Below, one piece after another: positions 29,642 through 37,955 of a DNA stretch of 64,000 nucleotides. Positions within the stretch are counted from its first letter, which is position 1, and every line of letters starts with the position of its first letter. The stretch covers positions 2,805 to 66,804 of the forward strand of contig JAFVSW010000338.1 in assembly GCA_017503545.1 (NCBI GenBank). Direction: 5' to 3'. Below the pieces are notes generated by a model. It was given only the letters and a program-made list of their open reading frames with translations. It had not been told where the DNA came from and made no database searches. The DNA comes from Lentisphaeria bacterium. GTDB lineage: Bacteria; Verrucomicrobiota; Lentisphaeria; Victivallales; UBA1829. The translations under genes were made by a program, and so were the position numbers.

Positions 29642-30847
29642 TTACTTACTCTCCTTATTCAATTCTTTTAAACCTGTTTCGATAATCTTCAGTGCCTTTT
29701 CACATTCAGCACGGGTAACGGTCAGCGGCGGAACCAGACGCAATACGGTTTCTCCCGCAGACAAGGCAATCAAGCCTTTTTTGCGCAAAATCGCCAGCAA
29801 ACCGGCGGCAGGACGATCCAGCACCACACCGATCATCAGACCATGACCTCTGACGCCTTGAACACAAGCGTATTTGCCAACAAAAGCAGAAAGACGTTCC
29901 TTCAGGAATGCCCCCTGTTCCACACAGTTGTCAAGCAATTTTTCTTTGATGATCGTATCCATCACAGCACATCCTGCCGCAGATGCAAGTGCGGTACCGC
30001 CGAACGTGCTGGCGTGGGTTCCCGGCGGAAGAACATGGGCATGTTCCCGACGGCACATCATGGCACCCATGGGGAATCCGTTGGCAATCGCTTTTGCCAT
30101 GGAGAAGGCATCCGGAATGATATCCCCGTGCATCCAGCCGAAAAGTTTACCGGTACGGCCGAATCCGCATTGAACTTCATCAAACAGCATGAGAATGCCT
30201 TTTTTGTCGCACAGCGCACGGAGTTTCTGCAAATAAGTTTTATCTGCGGGGATCACACCACCTTCACCCTGAACGGCTTCCAAAAGAACAGCACAGGTCT
30301 CTTTGGTGATCGCTTTTTCCACAGCCTTGATGTCATTGTAAGGAACAAATTTGAAACCGGGCATATCAGGCTGGAATCCCTGACGGTATTTGCTTCTTCC
30401 GGTGGCGGCGAGTGTTGCCAGCGTTCTGCCATGGAAAGAATCATTCATGCAAATGATTTCAAATTTCTTTTTATCGGAACCCCATCTGCGTGCAAATTTG
30501 ATAAGTGCTTCATTGGCTTCCGCACCGCTGTTGCAGAAGAAACAAACGCCGTCGAAAGTATTTTCCACGATCCGTTTGGCAAGTTCCGGTTGTTTTTCAT
30601 TCAGATAAAGGTTGGAGACATGCACAAGCTTCTGAGCCTGTTTGCAAATGGCATCTGTCACAGCGGGGTGACAATGTCCCAGGTTGCAGACTGCGATCCC
30701 GGCGGCAAAATCCAGATATTTTTTGCCTTTGGCATCCCAGAGATTACACCCTGCGCCGCGAACAAAGAGCATATCTGCGCGACCATACGTTTCCATGACG
30801 TATTGCTGATACATTTCGGATACAGCAAGAGTTTTATCAATTTTCAT
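29642..30847 (-). CDS. argD: acetylornithine aminotransferase
   Basis: Class III PLP aminotransferase (GHCHP, FCNSGAEANE, DEVQCGFGRTG). The ATG at 30847 (MKIDKTL...) is preferred over the longer ORF start at 30970. Confidence 0.92.
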   Translation of the reverse strand: MKIDKTLAVSEMYQQYVMETYGRADMLFVRGAGCNLWDAKGKKYLDFAAGIAVCNLGHCHPAVTDAICKQAQKLVHVSNLYLNEKQPELAKRIVENTFDGVCFFCNSGAEANEALIKFARRWGSDKKKFEIICMNDSFHGRTLATLAATGRSKYRQGFQPDMPGFKFVPYNDIKAVEKAITKETCAVLLEAVQGEGGVIPADKTYLQKLRALCDKKGILMLFDEVQCGFGRTGKLFGWMHGDIIPDAFSMAKAIANGFPMGAMMCRREHAHVLPPGTHASTFGGTALASAAGCAVMDTIIKEKLLDNCVEQGAFLKERLSAFVGKYACVQGVRGHGLMIGVVLDRPAAGLLAILRKKGLIALSAGETVLRLVPPLTVTRAECEKALKIIETGLKELNKESK

Positions 30848-31110
30848 TTTTGCAATCCTTTCCTTAAAATCGAATGTAGCAAATCGTAAAATTAGCATAA
30901 CTTTTTCAAATGTCAAGTGATTTTGCGTAAAAAAACACCCTTTTTGCCAATATTTTCCGATATTTGCCACGAATTACCGGAAAATCCGGGGCGATTCTGC
31001 CGAAAATCCACAGTTTACAAAATATTTTGCCGAATGATTCTTGAAAAAACTCAAACATAAACTATATTATTATCCTGTTTGTAAATGATACAAAAAGGTC
31101 TTGCAAAAAA

Positions 31111-34002
31111 ATGGATGATATGGATAAAACAATGGCACCGCAACGGTCACATGAACAACAACATGTGTCCGATAATGCCACGATGCCCGGTGCGCGCGAC
31201 CGCAAACCGGATGGCAGATTCCAGATCGGCGATCTGATCATGTCCCGGTATAAAGTCCTTGCGGAACTCGGTCAGGGTGGTATGGGTGTGGTGTATAAGT
31301 GTTTTGACGAAACGGCCGGAATCGAAATTGCACTGAAAGCCCTGCCGCCGGAATTGAGTCATAATACCATCGAAATGGAAGATATCAAGGATAATTTCCA
31401 ATTGGTATCCAAACTGGTCCATCAGAATATTGCCAACTCAAAAAATTTGGAGCGGGATTCTTATAACGGTAATTATTACCTGATCATGGAATGTTGCGAC
31501 GGGGAGGACCTCCGCCGCTGGCTCAAACAAAAACGCCGGGAAGGGAATTTGACCGTCAATGATATCCTGTCTGTTGTAAAACAGGTTGCAGAAGCCTTGG
31601 ATTATGCCCATGAAATGAAGATCATGCACCGGGATATCAAACCCGGCAATATCATGATCGATGCTCACGGAAAAATCAAGGTTTTGGACTTCGGTCTTGC
31701 CGCACAGATCCATACCAGTATGACCCGTGTCAGTATGGCATATCGCGGTACAAGCGGGACCGGACCTTACATGGCGCCGGAACAATGGCGCGGAAGAGCG
31801 CAAGGGGCAGCCGCCGACCAGTACGCATTAGCGATTATGACTTATGAAATGTTTGCCGGTCAGCTGCCTTTTGAAAGTGCCGACCCGGCAGTTTTGAAAC
31901 AAGCGGTTCTGGATGAAACGCCGGAAGATATTCCGGATGTCCCCCAATATATACAAAAAGCCATTCAGCGTGCCATGAGCAAAGATCCGGAAGAACGTTT
32001 CGCTAGTTGTGCCGATTTTATCGCCGCTTTGGAAGGGAAAAAAGTCAAAGGAGCGAAAAAATCTTCATCCGGGGGCGCATTCCGGAAAGTTGCGGCATTT
32101 TTCCTGTTGCTGGTGATCTTTGCCGGTGGTGCCGGATATTATTTCTACGATAAACAACAGAAAGAACAGACACGTATAGAGGCGGAAAAAGCCAAACGCG
32201 GACAGGACGAGGCGGAAAAACAACGTCAGTTGGCGGAAGCCAAACGCAGACAGGCAGAGGCGGAAAAACAACGTCAGTTGGCGGAAGCCAAACGCAGACA
32301 GGACGAGGCGGAAAAACAACGTCAGTTGGCGGAAGCCAAACGCAGACAGGACGAGGTGGAAAAACAACGTCAGTTGGCGGAAGCCAAACGCAGACAGGAC
32401 GAGGCGGAACAGAAGAAGCGCAAGGATGAAGAACGCGCTCTTGCCGGTTTTATGCAGGAAACGTACCGATTACAGGCACGGGTGTTGAATAAGAAAGCGA
32501 ATATCGACTCCCTGTCATGTGATCGTGGTCAAACCTTCGGTAAATATCTGGATGCGCTGAAAGAAAATCTTACTGTGGGTGAACTTGCCATGAAAAATAA
32601 TGATGTCCATTCCGCCAATTCCAGTTTTAAAAATGCGGAAGCTGCAGCCGATTGGATCATCAAAAACGTTCCCTTGCGCCGACAGGTTCAGCAGTTACAG
32701 AAGCAAGTTGTCGAACAGAAAGAAAAGGCAGACAAATTCAATAGTTCCCGTCTTGCATATGTTGCTTACCATGATGCGGAAAATCTGGCATCCTCCGGCA
32801 ATCGTGATTACGAATCCGGCAAATTTGCGTCAGCAGAAAACTCTTTGCGTTCCGCCGTTTTCGGTTATGAAAAGGCATATTCGGAAGCACGGAAATTGAC
32901 CGTTGACGATTTGATCAGTTCTGCGCGTGTCGCCGGAAACAGTCAGGATTGGGAACGGATGCTGAAACAGGCGGAAGCCGCGTTGGAAATCGATTCCGGC
33001 AATACGGAAGCGCAGCAGTTGATAACGGAAGCGGAAAAACATCTGAAGCCGACTCTTAACATCATTGCTACGGTGGATGGTGTGCGTGTCCCTGCAAAGA
33101 TTAAGTTCGGCAATACGGAACTTGATACCATGAAAACACTCCGCAACTTTAGAGAAAATGCGAACTATAAAGCCTCGTTGTCTTACCGTTCCAGCGCGGA
33201 TGAATATGTGGGAAAAATCCGTTTCAACTGCAATTGGCGCGGACCGAAAAAAATGACAGTGGCTTTGGAAAAAGTTGAGTTCAACGGAATCGTCACACTC
33301 GCCAAAGGCGTAAAGTTGGATATGGTAAAAGTGGAACCGGGAACGTTTCCTATGGGCAAGCGTGATGGAGAAAATGAAAGTGATGAAGTGGAACATCAAA
33401 AAACATTGACCAAAGCGTTTTTCATAGGAACAACAGAAGTCACCAATGAACAATGGTGTGCTGTGATGAAAGTCAGTACCCCGCCTTCCTTGAAAAATAA
33501 GTGGAATAAATACCCGGTGGAAAACGTTAGCTGGTATAAAGCGATGCAGTTTTGTGAAAAGATGAATAAGTATGCGCCGAAAGGTTGGCAGTTTACACTG
33601 CCGACGGAAGCACAATGGGAATTTGCCGCACGCGGAGGAAATAAGAGCAAAGGTTATAAATACAGTGGAAGTAATGATCTCGGAAAAGTTGGCTGGTATT
33701 CTGGTAATTCCGGAAGTACGACACACAAAGTTCGCAGTAAATCTCCCAATGAACTTGGTTTGTATGATATGAGTGGTAATGTTTGGGAATGGTGTTTGGA
33801 TAATAGGAATTCCGATGCCAGTAAAAATAACGCAGAGTTTACACGCGCGTATAGTGACAGAGATGGCTCTCACCGCGTGTATCGTGGCGGCAGTTGGAGC
33901 AACAACGCGAGGCACTGCCGTTCTGCGAACCGGAGCGGCTGGGGACCGGGCTATCGCGCCAACGGCCTCGGCTTCCGCCTCGCCCTGGTCCCGGTGCAAT
34001 AA
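31111..34002 (+). CDS. receptor Ser/Thr protein kinase with one extracytoplasmic FGE-sulfatase (C-type-lectin-fold) module (kinase 2)
   Basis: 963-aa ORF. Its kinase domain is ~85-90% identical in protein to kinase 1. It has one TM, a repeated AEKQRQLAEAKRRQDE coiled coil, a PTLNIIATVDGVRVPAKIKFG beta module, and then an FGE-sulfatase domain. Confidence 0.9.
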   Translation: MDDMDKTMAPQRSHEQQHVSDNATMPGARDRKPDGRFQIGDLIMSRYKVLAELGQGGMGVVYKCFDETAGIEIALKALPPELSHNTIEMEDIKDNFQLVSKLVHQNIANSKNLERDSYNGNYYLIMECCDGEDLRRWLKQKRREGNLTVNDILSVVKQVAEALDYAHEMKIMHRDIKPGNIMIDAHGKIKVLDFGLAAQIHTSMTRVSMAYRGTSGTGPYMAPEQWRGRAQGAAADQYALAIMTYEMFAGQLPFESADPAVLKQAVLDETPEDIPDVPQYIQKAIQRAMSKDPEERFASCADFIAALEGKKVKGAKKSSSGGAFRKVAAFFLLLVIFAGGAGYYFYDKQQKEQTRIEAEKAKRGQDEAEKQRQLAEAKRRQAEAEKQRQLAEAKRRQDEAEKQRQLAEAKRRQDEVEKQRQLAEAKRRQDEAEQKKRKDEERALAGFMQETYRLQARVLNKKANIDSLSCDRGQTFGKYLDALKENLTVGELAMKNNDVHSANSSFKNAEAAADWIIKNVPLRRQVQQLQKQVVEQKEKADKFNSSRLAYVAYHDAENLASSGNRDYESGKFASAENSLRSAVFGYEKAYSEARKLTVDDLISSARVAGNSQDWERMLKQAEAALEIDSGNTEAQQLITEAEKHLKPTLNIIATVDGVRVPAKIKFGNTELDTMKTLRNFRENANYKASLSYRSSADEYVGKIRFNCNWRGPKKMTVALEKVEFNGIVTLAKGVKLDMVKVEPGTFPMGKRDGENESDEVEHQKTLTKAFFIGTTEVTNEQWCAVMKVSTPPSLKNKWNKYPVENVSWYKAMQFCEKMNKYAPKGWQFTLPTEAQWEFAARGGNKSKGYKYSGSNDLGKVGWYSGNSGSTTHKVRSKSPNELGLYDMSGNVWEWCLDNRNSDASKNNAEFTRAYSDRDGSHRVYRGGSWSNNARHCRSANRSGWGPGYRANGLGFRLALVPVQ
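32179..32418 (+). repeat. in-frame 48-bp tandem repeat (4 full units 32209..32400 plus partial flanks)
   Basis: The unit GAGGCGGAAAAACAACGTCAGTTGGCGGAAGCCAAACGCAGACAGGAC repeats head-to-tail with only 1-2 substitutions per unit. Confidence 0.9.
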
Positions 34003-34028
34003 GGCCGGGCAGATTTTTTTGTCCGGCC
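34003..34028 (+). terminator. GC-rich hairpin immediately after the kinase-2 stop (terminator or DGR-type 3' hairpin)
   Basis: GGCCGGGC ... GTCCGGCC (one mismatch) encloses an AGATTTTTTT loop. There is no T-tract after the stem, so it is atypical for an intrinsic terminator. Confidence 0.35.
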
Positions 34029-34208
34029 AGTCCGACCAGTCTGACCAGTCGGACGAAAACGAGACAACCGCGGAGCAAACGGGACGATTTCTGCTCACCT
34101 GGAATTTTACGGACAGCGAAAAAAAACGACTTGAAAAATCAAAAAAAGGATGCTATATTATATAAATGTTTTAATTTGCAAAACAATATCATCAAGGGTT
34201 ATACAATC

Positions 34209-35507
34209 ATGAATGCAGTAAAAAATGGAGACACCGTTCTTCTTGCTTTTTGCCGTAAACAGGCGTTGCTTGTTTCCGCTTTTTTTGTGTGTGTCGTTAT
34301 TCTGCTTACCGGGTGCGATCAGGCGCCCCTGCCGCCGGATATTCGCTTTGCCGAAAATTATTTGAGAGAACAAACCTATAATCACTGCAAACGTTATGCA
34401 AGAATGTATCCGGTATACAGCACCGGAGAAAGTGACCGGTATGTCTTTTTCTCTGCACCGGAAAATATCAATCACGAAGGATGGAAAATCCGGAATTCCG
34501 AAGACGATACCGAATTCAGTTGTATGTTCCGCCGTTATGATATGGTAGGTCAGGTGTATCATGAAATGATCAGTCATGAATTCAGCCCGCTGGTAAAGAC
34601 CAACACGGAAAAATACCCTTACACGACAAAATTGAAGATCGAATTTATCTGTATGGACAAGCTCTATCATGATAATTTGGAATACAATGCAGGGATTATT
34701 TGGATTTTTGAAAAAGAAAAATATGCCGATTTCAGCAAAATGGATCTGCAAAACCAATTTACATCATTATGGAAGATTACTTCCGACTTACAGTTGCTTA
34801 CCTGGCGTATGAAAAAAGATACCGCCTCCGGTAAAAAAATGGTCCGGGAAGTGCCCATGCGTTATGATGCGGAAAATACCACCTGGCAATGGCAGAATAT
34901 CAAAGGCAAATGGTGTACCGGATTTGAATCGGAAACAAAACTTGACAGTTACGAAACACTGAAAGGGGCAGACACTCCGGTCGACAACTTGCAGCAAATG
35001 CTTTCCGGAGCAGCAGCGGAAAATAATTCCGTATTGTCCATGGACTATGTTACTTATCTGTGTGCCAATACAAACAAGGATTTGCTGACCCGTCATCTGC
35101 AAAACGAATTTCTGTTTTTCTGTCCGGGTAAAAAAGAACCGCTGTGGTTGGAAAAAGATCAATTCAAGGCATCGAAACAGTTGGTCGATATTTACAACAG
35201 AATCACCGTTGAGCACAAAAAAGTAACGGTCTGGCAGGGTCTTCAATCCCTGAATCAGAATTACAAAGCACTGCAAACCGTTCAGGACCTGATCTGGAAT
35301 CATGTGGATAAAGAATTGGAAAAGACTCTTGCCATGATTTGCAATACCGATTTTATCGAAACAGACAAGAAAAAAATGTATTTGAATAAGTTTCTCAAAC
35401 GGCTTGATGAATGTTCCAATCTACAAGAACACACACGCTTTCTGCATGTAAAAGAACTGTGTGATTCCAAGCTCGCCAAAATCAAGCAAGAAGAAGAAGA
35501 AGAATAA
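34209..35507 (+). CDS. hypothetical lipoprotein
   Basis: The track ORF 33894..35507 overlaps the kinase-2 3' end. The ATG at 34209 gives a signal peptide plus lipobox (VCVVILLTGC). Acidic C-terminal tail (EEEEE). No recognisable domain. Confidence 0.6.
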   Translation: MNAVKNGDTVLLAFCRKQALLVSAFFVCVVILLTGCDQAPLPPDIRFAENYLREQTYNHCKRYARMYPVYSTGESDRYVFFSAPENINHEGWKIRNSEDDTEFSCMFRRYDMVGQVYHEMISHEFSPLVKTNTEKYPYTTKLKIEFICMDKLYHDNLEYNAGIIWIFEKEKYADFSKMDLQNQFTSLWKITSDLQLLTWRMKKDTASGKKMVREVPMRYDAENTTWQWQNIKGKWCTGFESETKLDSYETLKGADTPVDNLQQMLSGAAAENNSVLSMDYVTYLCANTNKDLLTRHLQNEFLFFCPGKKEPLWLEKDQFKASKQLVDIYNRITVEHKKVTVWQGLQSLNQNYKALQTVQDLIWNHVDKELEKTLAMICNTDFIETDKKKMYLNKFLKRLDECSNLQEHTRFLHVKELCDSKLAKIKQEEEEE

Positions 35508-35543
35508 TCAAGGATTTTCATAAACAGAGGAGTATTACTACCA

Positions 35544-36377
35544 ATGATGACAGTTCTTTCCGCAATCACCGCCGTATTGACCATGGCACATTCCGTTGTT
35601 GATGACGTGGATTTCAACAAGATTACCGATGAAGTCATGCACAGCCGTCAATATTCCCAAAAACAAATTGCGTATATCAATCAGACGATTAAACGGGAAT
35701 TTGATAAGGGGATCAATCTTTCCAAAAAAAGCACAAGAAAGAAAATTTTTGATACGCTTGGACACCAGTTGGTCATGACTCCTGCCAATTCATTGCAGGA
35801 AGTCAATTGCAAAAAAATCCGTAACGCCGCAATTGTAATGATGAATGAAGAATTCCACGGGTATGATGCGGAAAAGTTAAAAAGAGAACTGTATGAAGAA
35901 GCCAAAAGAAAATATAAATTCCTGCGGGAAGGGGATATTGTAACAGTATACTATCGTTTCAATGGCAAACAGACTTCGGTCACCGGAGAATTGCATCACG
36001 TGGAGCTTTATAAAAAAGTTTCTGTGGATAATACTGTCGTGTCCTTCCTCGACATGGATGACATCCAGCAGCAATTGTTTGCCGATAAAAGTGTGGAATC
36101 CTTGCGTACCCGTTATGTAAAAGAACATTTCAAAGCATTGGAAGAACAACACTACAACAAGAAAAGAAAATACCTCAGCCGTCAATACCAGAAATTGCTG
36201 GAACTGGCTTGCAGTAATAATGAAAAATGCGGCTACATCTATAACGACAATGAAAATCAATGGTGGTCTGTCCGCTTCACAATCAACCGTATTCTGGATG
36301 ATTACGCAGGAAAACAGCAGAAGATCATGAAACAACGGATCGAAAACGCACTGACAGATCTCGGGATCGATAAATAA
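35544..36377 (+). CDS. hypothetical protein
   Basis: 277-aa ORF, 36 nt after the lipoprotein gene. It has a weakly hydrophobic N-terminus and is Lys/Glu-rich. No recognisable domain. Confidence 0.55.
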   Translation: MMTVLSAITAVLTMAHSVVDDVDFNKITDEVMHSRQYSQKQIAYINQTIKREFDKGINLSKKSTRKKIFDTLGHQLVMTPANSLQEVNCKKIRNAAIVMMNEEFHGYDAEKLKRELYEEAKRKYKFLREGDIVTVYYRFNGKQTSVTGELHHVELYKKVSVDNTVVSFLDMDDIQQQLFADKSVESLRTRYVKEHFKALEEQHYNKKRKYLSRQYQKLLELACSNNEKCGYIYNDNENQWWSVRFTINRILDDYAGKQQKIMKQRIENALTDLGIDK

Positions 36378-36448
36378 TTTTTCCCGGACAGCTTGAAAAA
36401 TCCCGTTTTTACATTATATTATTATTGTTTATATAAAAGTTTAGTAAC

Positions 36449-36612
36449 GAGGTAATTTCAAAAGTCCGGCAAAATTTGACTGAAAAAGGATTGTTGAAGA
36501 GATGGAAATGGTAGTTTGAGGTGGCTACCCGGTGGGTAACCACCTCAAACGCTCCGTTTTCAGATCTCAACAAGAGTTTTCAGGCATTTTTGAAGACTTT
36601 TGAAATTGCCTC
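36449..36612 (+). mobile_element. 164-bp near-palindromic MITE-like element, copy A (TSD TAAC)
   Basis: The 18-bp termini are GAGGTAATTTCAAAAGTC and, as the reverse complement of the right end, GAGGCAATTTCAAAAGTC. The central 16-bp hairpin is TTTGAGGTGGCTACCC/GGGTAACCACCTCAAA. The element is flanked by direct TAAC (36445..36448 and 36613..36616). A nearly identical inverted copy lies at 58119..58283. Confidence 0.75.
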
Positions 36613-36639
36613 TAACAACAATCTGTTTGGAGGTTTTTC

Positions 36640-37947
36640 ATGGCTGATTCTCTCAAGTCCATTTACGTACAAATGCCCCAGGGCATTTCCACTCATACAT
36701 TCCTGCGCGGAGAAGATGCGTTGCAAGGACTCCCTGCGCTGCTTCAGGAAAATTTCCCGGGAAGAACCCCATGGATCGTTGCCGATGAAAATACCTGGAA
36801 AGCGGCAGGGGCAGCAGCCTATCAACTGCTTCAGAACGCTGGAATGAACCCGGCAGAACCTCATATTTATCCCGGCACACCGCGCTTGCATCCGGATTAT
36901 GCGCTGGCGGAAAAACTGGCAGAGGAAATGCCGGCAAATACCGTCCCGGTCGCAATCGGCTCCGGCGTGATCAACGATATGGTCAAATGTGTCGGCGGAA
37001 TCAATCATGTTACATACTGCTGTGTGGCAACTGCCTGTTCCGTCGATGGATATACAGCCGCAGGTGCTGCCATGACGGTCAACGGTACAAAGAAAACAGT
37101 TCCCTGCCCCGCACCCTATGCAATTTGTGCAGACACCAGCATACTTGCCACGGCACCCGCTGATATGTTTGCTTCCGGCTATGCCGATTTGCTGGCAAAA
37201 GTTCCTGCCGGAGGGGATTGGATCCTTGCCGATGCAATGGGGGAAGACCCGATCCGGAAAGATGTTTGGGAATTGATTCAGGGGCCGCTGAAAGATCAGG
37301 TTTCCGACTGCACCAATATGCTGAAAATCTTCACCGGGTTGGCATCCACCGGATATGCCATGCAGATGATGAAAGACAGCCGTCCTGCCTCCGGAGCGGA
37401 ACACTTGTTCAGTCATGTATGGGAAATGGAAGGTTTACAACTCAACGGGGAAGATATTTCCCACGGGTTCAAAGTGGGAGTCGGAACCCTTGCCTCCACA
37501 CTTCTGCTGGAATATATCACAAATCATAAACTCCATGATCTTGCCCCGCGGATGAAACCCGTTCCCACCGTGGAAGAACGGGAAAAAGAAGTGGATACTC
37601 TGCTGATTCGCGGCTGTTACGGAACGGCACCGAAAGAAACGGCAATGAAAAAATTCCGCAGCGGAGAAGCCGGGGAAAAACGCCGGAAAGAAATCATGGA
37701 AAAATGGGATTCCATTGGAGCCGCTGTCAAAGCACAGATATTGACCTCCGATCAAATCCGGACAGCATTGAAAACAGCAAATTGCCCTGCCGTCCCCGCA
37801 GAAATCGGGTTGGATCAGGAACAGTTTATCCATGGTATTCTGACCGCACAATTGATCCGCAACCGGTATACCTCATTGGATTTTCTGTATGAAATGGGCT
37901 TACTGGATGATGCCGTGGCATACGTTGCAACACACATGGAAGGCTGA
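36640..37947 (+). CDS. iron-containing alcohol dehydrogenase family protein (sn-glycerol-1-phosphate dehydrogenase / AraM-like)
   Basis: 435-aa ORF with a GGAGG RBS. It has the GSGVINDMVK nucleotide-binding motif and metal-site histidines (SGAEHLFSHVWE) typical of the Fe-ADH_2 / G1PDH family. Confidence 0.72.
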   Translation: MADSLKSIYVQMPQGISTHTFLRGEDALQGLPALLQENFPGRTPWIVADENTWKAAGAAAYQLLQNAGMNPAEPHIYPGTPRLHPDYALAEKLAEEMPANTVPVAIGSGVINDMVKCVGGINHVTYCCVATACSVDGYTAAGAAMTVNGTKKTVPCPAPYAICADTSILATAPADMFASGYADLLAKVPAGGDWILADAMGEDPIRKDVWELIQGPLKDQVSDCTNMLKIFTGLASTGYAMQMMKDSRPASGAEHLFSHVWEMEGLQLNGEDISHGFKVGVGTLASTLLLEYITNHKLHDLAPRMKPVPTVEEREKEVDTLLIRGCYGTAPKETAMKKFRSGEAGEKRRKEIMEKWDSIGAAVKAQILTSDQIRTALKTANCPAVPAEIGLDQEQFIHGILTAQLIRNRYTSLDFLYEMGLLDDAVAYVATHMEG

Positions 37948-37955
37948 GAAGCAAT

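Noticed and set aside
29642-30970. Longer N-terminal extensions of several ORFs (argD to 30970, fucosidase to 51353, regulator to 52719, 38680..39780, 53993..55861, 25687..26403)
   Set aside because: The extensions add non-homologous residues, overlap neighbouring genes, or precede an obvious signal peptide or conserved N-terminus. The internal ATGs fit better.
32179-32418. Possible CRISPR-like array
   Set aside because: The units are contiguous, with no spacers. The array is in-frame inside the kinase-2 ORF and encodes a coiled coil. No cas genes are present.
33894-34208. 5' extension of the lipoprotein ORF (537-aa version) overlapping the kinase-2 3' end
   Set aside because: The extension reads through the GC-rich cassette and hairpin region in another frame. 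The ATG at 34209 gives a proper signal peptide and lipobox.
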